Assembly (NCBI GenBank): GCA_021414185.1
Contig: JAIOOZ010000304.1
Span: forward strand, 1 to 37,455
DNA: 37,455 nt
Direction: 5' to 3'
Source: Betaproteobacteria bacterium
GTDB lineage: Bacteria; Pseudomonadota; Gammaproteobacteria; Burkholderiales; SG8-41
In this document: positions 34,451 to 37,455 of the stretch, in pieces
How positions within the stretch are numbered: the stretch's first letter is position 1
Layout: each line of letters opens with the position of its first letter
The notes under the pieces: generated by a model
What the model was told of the DNA's origin: nothing
Database searches by the model: none
The model's input: the letters and a program-made list of their open reading frames with translations, nothing else
Made by a program: the position numbers and the translations under genes

Positions 34451-36709
34451 CTATCCGCCGGACGCCTTCAGCGAAACGCAATCTACGTAGTACCTTGAAC
34501 GCCGGCTGGTCTCGTCCGCGACCAGCCCGTGAATGTCGGTATCGAATCCCGGGAATTTCTGGTTGAACGATTTCGCGAACTTGAGATAACGCACGATGGT
34601 CGCGTTGAAACGCTCGCCGGGAATCAGCAACGGTATGCCCGGCGGATATGGCGTGAGCAGTACGCTGGTAATGCGGCCTTCGAGCTGGTCGATCTCCACG
34701 CGGTCGATTTCACGGTGGGCGAGCCGCGCCCACGCGTCGCCCGGCCGCATCGCGGGCTCCATGTTGGACAAATACATTTCCGTCGTCAGCCGCGCGATAT
34801 CGTTCGCCTTGTAGACGCCGTGAATCTGCGTGCACAGGTCGCGCAATCCCACCTTCTCGTACTGCGGATACTTGCCCACGAACTCGGGCAGGATGCGCCA
34901 CAGCGGCCGGTTGTTGTCGTAATCGTCCTTGAACTGCTGCAGCTCGGTGACCAGCGAATTCCAGCGGCCCTTGGTGATGCCGATCGTGAACATGATGAAG
35001 AACGAATACAGGCCGGTCTTCTCGACGATGATGCCGTGTTCAGCAAGGTATTTGGTGACCACTGCCGCGGGCATGCCGGGATTGGAGAACGCGCCGGATA
35101 CGTCCAGCCCCGGCGTGATGACGGTCGCCTTGATCGGATCGAGCATATTGAAGCCGGACGCGAGATCGCCAAAGCCGTGCCAGCGGTCGTTGGATTTCAG
35201 TATCCAGTCGTCGCGGCTGCCGATGCCTTCTTCGACCAGTTGCTCCGGGCCCCACACCTTGAACCACCACGAATCGCCGAACTCGTCGTCGATCTTGCGC
35301 ATCGCGCGCCGGAAATCGATGGCTTCGAGTATCGACTCCTCGACCAGTGCATTGCCGCCCGGCGGCTCCATCATTGCCGCGGCGACATCGCACGACGCGA
35401 TGATCGCGTACTGCGGCGAAGTCGAGGTGTGCATCAGGTAAGCCTCGTTGAAACTGTGGCGGTCGAGCTTGCGCGTGTCGCTGTCCTGCACCAGGATTTG
35501 CGATGCCTGCGAGAGGCCCGCCAGCATCTTGTGGGTCGACTGCGTCGAGAAAATCACCGACTCCTTGCAGCGCGGCCGGTTCTGGCCGATCGCATGCATG
35601 CCGCGGTAGAAATCATGGAACGTTGCGTGCGGCAGCCACGCCTCATCGAAGTGCAGCGTATCAACCTTGCCGTCAAGCATCTCCTTGATGGTGTCGACGT
35701 TATAGACCACCCCGTCATAAGTGCTTTGCGTGAGAGTAAGCACGCGCGGCTTGGTATTCACTTCCCGCGCGAACGGATGGGCCTTGATTTTTTTCTCGAT
35801 GTTTTCCCAGCGAAATTCCTCGAGCGGAATCGGGCCTATGATGCCGAAGTGATTGCGCGTCGGCATCAGGAACACGGGAATCGCACCGGTCATCGTGATG
35901 GCGTGCAGAATCGACACATGACAGTTGCGGTCGACGATAACGACGTCACCGGGCGCCACCGTCGAATGCCACACCATCTTGTTGGAAGTGGAGGTGCCGT
36001 TGGTGACGAAATACAGGTGGTCGCAGTTGAATATGCGCGCCGCGTTGCGCTCGGACGCCGCGACCGGCCCGGAATGGTCGAGCAACTGCCCGAGTTCATC
36101 GACCGCGTTGCACACGTCGGCGCGCAGCATGTTCTCGCCGAAAAACTGGTGAAACATCTGGCCGACCGGGCTCTTGAGAAAGGCCACGCCGCCCGAATGT
36201 CCCGGGCAGTGCCAGGAATACGAGCCGTCCTGCGCATAATTGGTCAGCGCGCGGAAAAACGGCGGCGCGAGACCGTCGAGATAAGTGCGCGTCTCGCGGA
36301 TGATATGGCGGGCGACGAATTCCGGCGTGTCCTCGAACATGTGAATGAAGCCGTGCAGTTCACGCAGGATGTCGTTGGGAATGTGCCGCGAGGTCTTGGT
36401 TTCGCCGTAGAGATAGATCGGGATTTCCGAATTGCGGAAACGGATCTCTTCGATGAAAGCGCGCAGATTCAGCACCGCCTGGTCGATCTCGGGCCCCGGC
36501 GTGAATTCCTCGTCGTCGATCGACAGGATAAACGCGGAGGCGCGCGACTGTTGCTGTGCGAACTGCGAAAGATCGTTGTAAGTCGTCACACCGATGACTT
36601 CGATGCCCTCGTCTTCAATCGCCTTGGCGAGCGCGCGTATGCCGAGCCCGCTCGCGTTCTCGGAGCGGAAATCCTCGTCGATGACGATGACCGGAAAATG
36701 AAATTTCAT
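34451..36709 (-). CDS. Orn/Lys/Arg decarboxylase family (large, wing-domain type) PLP enzyme
   Basis: 752 aa from internal ATG 36709 (SD AAGGAG). MKFHFPVIVIDEDF... is a receiver-like wing domain. PLP-lysine motif FSTQSTHKMLAGLSQAS. Substrate specificity cannot be read from the sequence alone. Confidence 0.88.
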   Translation of the reverse strand: MKFHFPVIVIDEDFRSENASGLGIRALAKAIEDEGIEVIGVTTYNDLSQFAQQQSRASAFILSIDDEEFTPGPEIDQAVLNLRAFIEEIRFRNSEIPIYLYGETKTSRHIPNDILRELHGFIHMFEDTPEFVARHIIRETRTYLDGLAPPFFRALTNYAQDGSYSWHCPGHSGGVAFLKSPVGQMFHQFFGENMLRADVCNAVDELGQLLDHSGPVAASERNAARIFNCDHLYFVTNGTSTSNKMVWHSTVAPGDVVIVDRNCHVSILHAITMTGAIPVFLMPTRNHFGIIGPIPLEEFRWENIEKKIKAHPFAREVNTKPRVLTLTQSTYDGVVYNVDTIKEMLDGKVDTLHFDEAWLPHATFHDFYRGMHAIGQNRPRCKESVIFSTQSTHKMLAGLSQASQILVQDSDTRKLDRHSFNEAYLMHTSTSPQYAIIASCDVAAAMMEPPGGNALVEESILEAIDFRRAMRKIDDEFGDSWWFKVWGPEQLVEEGIGSRDDWILKSNDRWHGFGDLASGFNMLDPIKATVITPGLDVSGAFSNPGMPAAVVTKYLAEHGIIVEKTGLYSFFIMFTIGITKGRWNSLVTELQQFKDDYDNNRPLWRILPEFVGKYPQYEKVGLRDLCTQIHGVYKANDIARLTTEMYLSNMEPAMRPGDAWARLAHREIDRVEIDQLEGRITSVLLTPYPPGIPLLIPGERFNATIVRYLKFAKSFNQKFPGFDTDIHGLVADETSRRSRYYVDCVSLKASGG

Positions 36710-36787
36710 GCCGTACTCCTTAGAATGGCGGCAGCCGCACGGCACAGAGGCCGGCGGCATCGGTAGGATAAAACTGGTTCACGCGCG

Positions 36788-37360
36788 CTAGATTTTAGGC
36801 AGGGTAACGCCCTGCTGGCCCTGGTACTTGCCGCCGCGGTCCTTGTACGAAGTCTCGCAGACGTCATCGGGATCGGATTCCAGGAAAATCACCTGGGCGA
36901 CCCCTTCGTTGGCGTAAATCTTGGCGGGCAGCGGCGTCGTGTTCGAAAACTCCAGCGTCACATAACCTTCCCATTCCGGTTCGAACGGCGTGACGTTGAC
37001 GATGATGCCGCAGCGCGCGTACGTCGATTTACCCAGACAGATGGTCAGCACGTTGCGCGGAATACGGAAATATTCGACGGTGCGTGCAAGCGCAAACGAA
37101 TTCGGCGGGATCACGCACGATTCGGCCTTGATATCGACGAACGACTTGTCGTTGAAGTTCTTCGGATCGACGATCGTGCTGTTGATGTTGGTGAACAGCT
37201 TGAATTCGTCCGAGCAGCGGATGTCGTAGCCGTAGCTGGAAGTGCCATACGACACAATGCGCTGGCCGTTGACCTCTTTGACCTGGTTGGGTTCGATCGG
37301 CGCGATCATGCCGTGCTCTTGCGCCATGCGCCGTATCCAGCGGTCGGATTTAATGCTCAT
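36788..37360 (-). CDS. dcd: dCTP deaminase
   Basis: 190 aa, [19 protein letters not shown]...SYGYDIRC...[23 protein letters not shown]. Confidence 0.93.
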   Translation of the reverse strand: MSIKSDRWIRRMAQEHGMIAPIEPNQVKEVNGQRIVSYGTSSYGYDIRCSDEFKLFTNINSTIVDPKNFNDKSFVDIKAESCVIPPNSFALARTVEYFRIPRNVLTICLGKSTYARCGIIVNVTPFEPEWEGYVTLEFSNTTPLPAKIYANEGVAQVIFLESDPDDVCETSYKDRGGKYQGQQGVTLPKI

Positions 37361-37368
37361 GAGAAAGC

Positions 37369-37451
37369 GTCAGGAGTGAGGAGTTAGGGGTAAGGAGAAA
37401 TTCGGGTTCGGCGGGATTTTACACCTCCCGCCTCACCCCTCACACCTTACG
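37369..37451. repeat. heptad-periodic inverted-repeat element, copy C (upstream of dcd, near the window edge)
   Basis: The left arm is GTCAGGA GTGAGGA GTTAGGG GTAAGGA G (37369..37397). The reverse complement of the right arm (37422..37451) is GTAAGGT GTGAGGG GTGAGGC GGGAGGT G. About 21 of 29 positions are complementary. Confidence 0.65.
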
Positions 37452-37455
37452 TATT

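Noticed and set aside
34436-34455. Small stem AGCCG-TTC-CGGCT between the convergent Sel1 and decarboxylase stops, considered as a bidirectional terminator.
   Set aside because: The stem is only 5 bp with a 3-nt loop and has no flanking U or A tracts, which is too weak to call.
1-37455. The whole window scanned for a genomic island, prophage or plasmid-derived segment.
   Set aside because: I saw no integrase, transposase, tRNA target or flanking direct repeats, and by eye no sustained compositional shift. Only short AT-rich promoter patches occur near 10900..11050 and 29935..29970.

Overview
GC-rich window (probably above 60%), almost fully coding, with 31 supported CDS, 27 of them on the minus strand. 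Gene content and order suggest a betaproteobacterial chromosome; that is an inference from synteny, not a search result. Most of the window is a core-metabolism backbone: purF-cvpA-SPOR-folC-accD-trpA-trpB-trpF-truA, a FimV-like protein, asd-leuB-leuD-leuC, aroC, thyA-folA, an Orn/Lys/Arg decarboxylase and dcd. I found no rRNA, tRNA, CRISPR array, transposase, integrase or phage genes. Three things are not ordinary. (1) A tightly packed co-directional array at 21514..29939 encodes a cysteine-free ArsR-family regulator, a 561-aa exported protein of unknown family with His and Asn-Cys motifs, an LplT-type MFS/acyltransferase fusion, and an ATGA-coupled DUF2339/DUF3999 membrane pair. I propose this as an uncharacterised envelope or lipid-maintenance module. 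(2) A 1089-aa exported TPR-CHAT protein lies between leuC and an MFS/aroC pair. (3) A family of 7-nt-periodic purine-arm/pyrimidine-arm inverted-repeat elements has four copies in the window. Each sits against or next to a start codon (leuB, thyA, folA, dcd), three of those starts lack a Shine-Dalgarno sequence, and one copy is read through as an N-terminal extension of folA. Two candidate leaderless transcripts are also noted. The many long antisense ORFs in the track are GC-rich shadow frames and were rejected.
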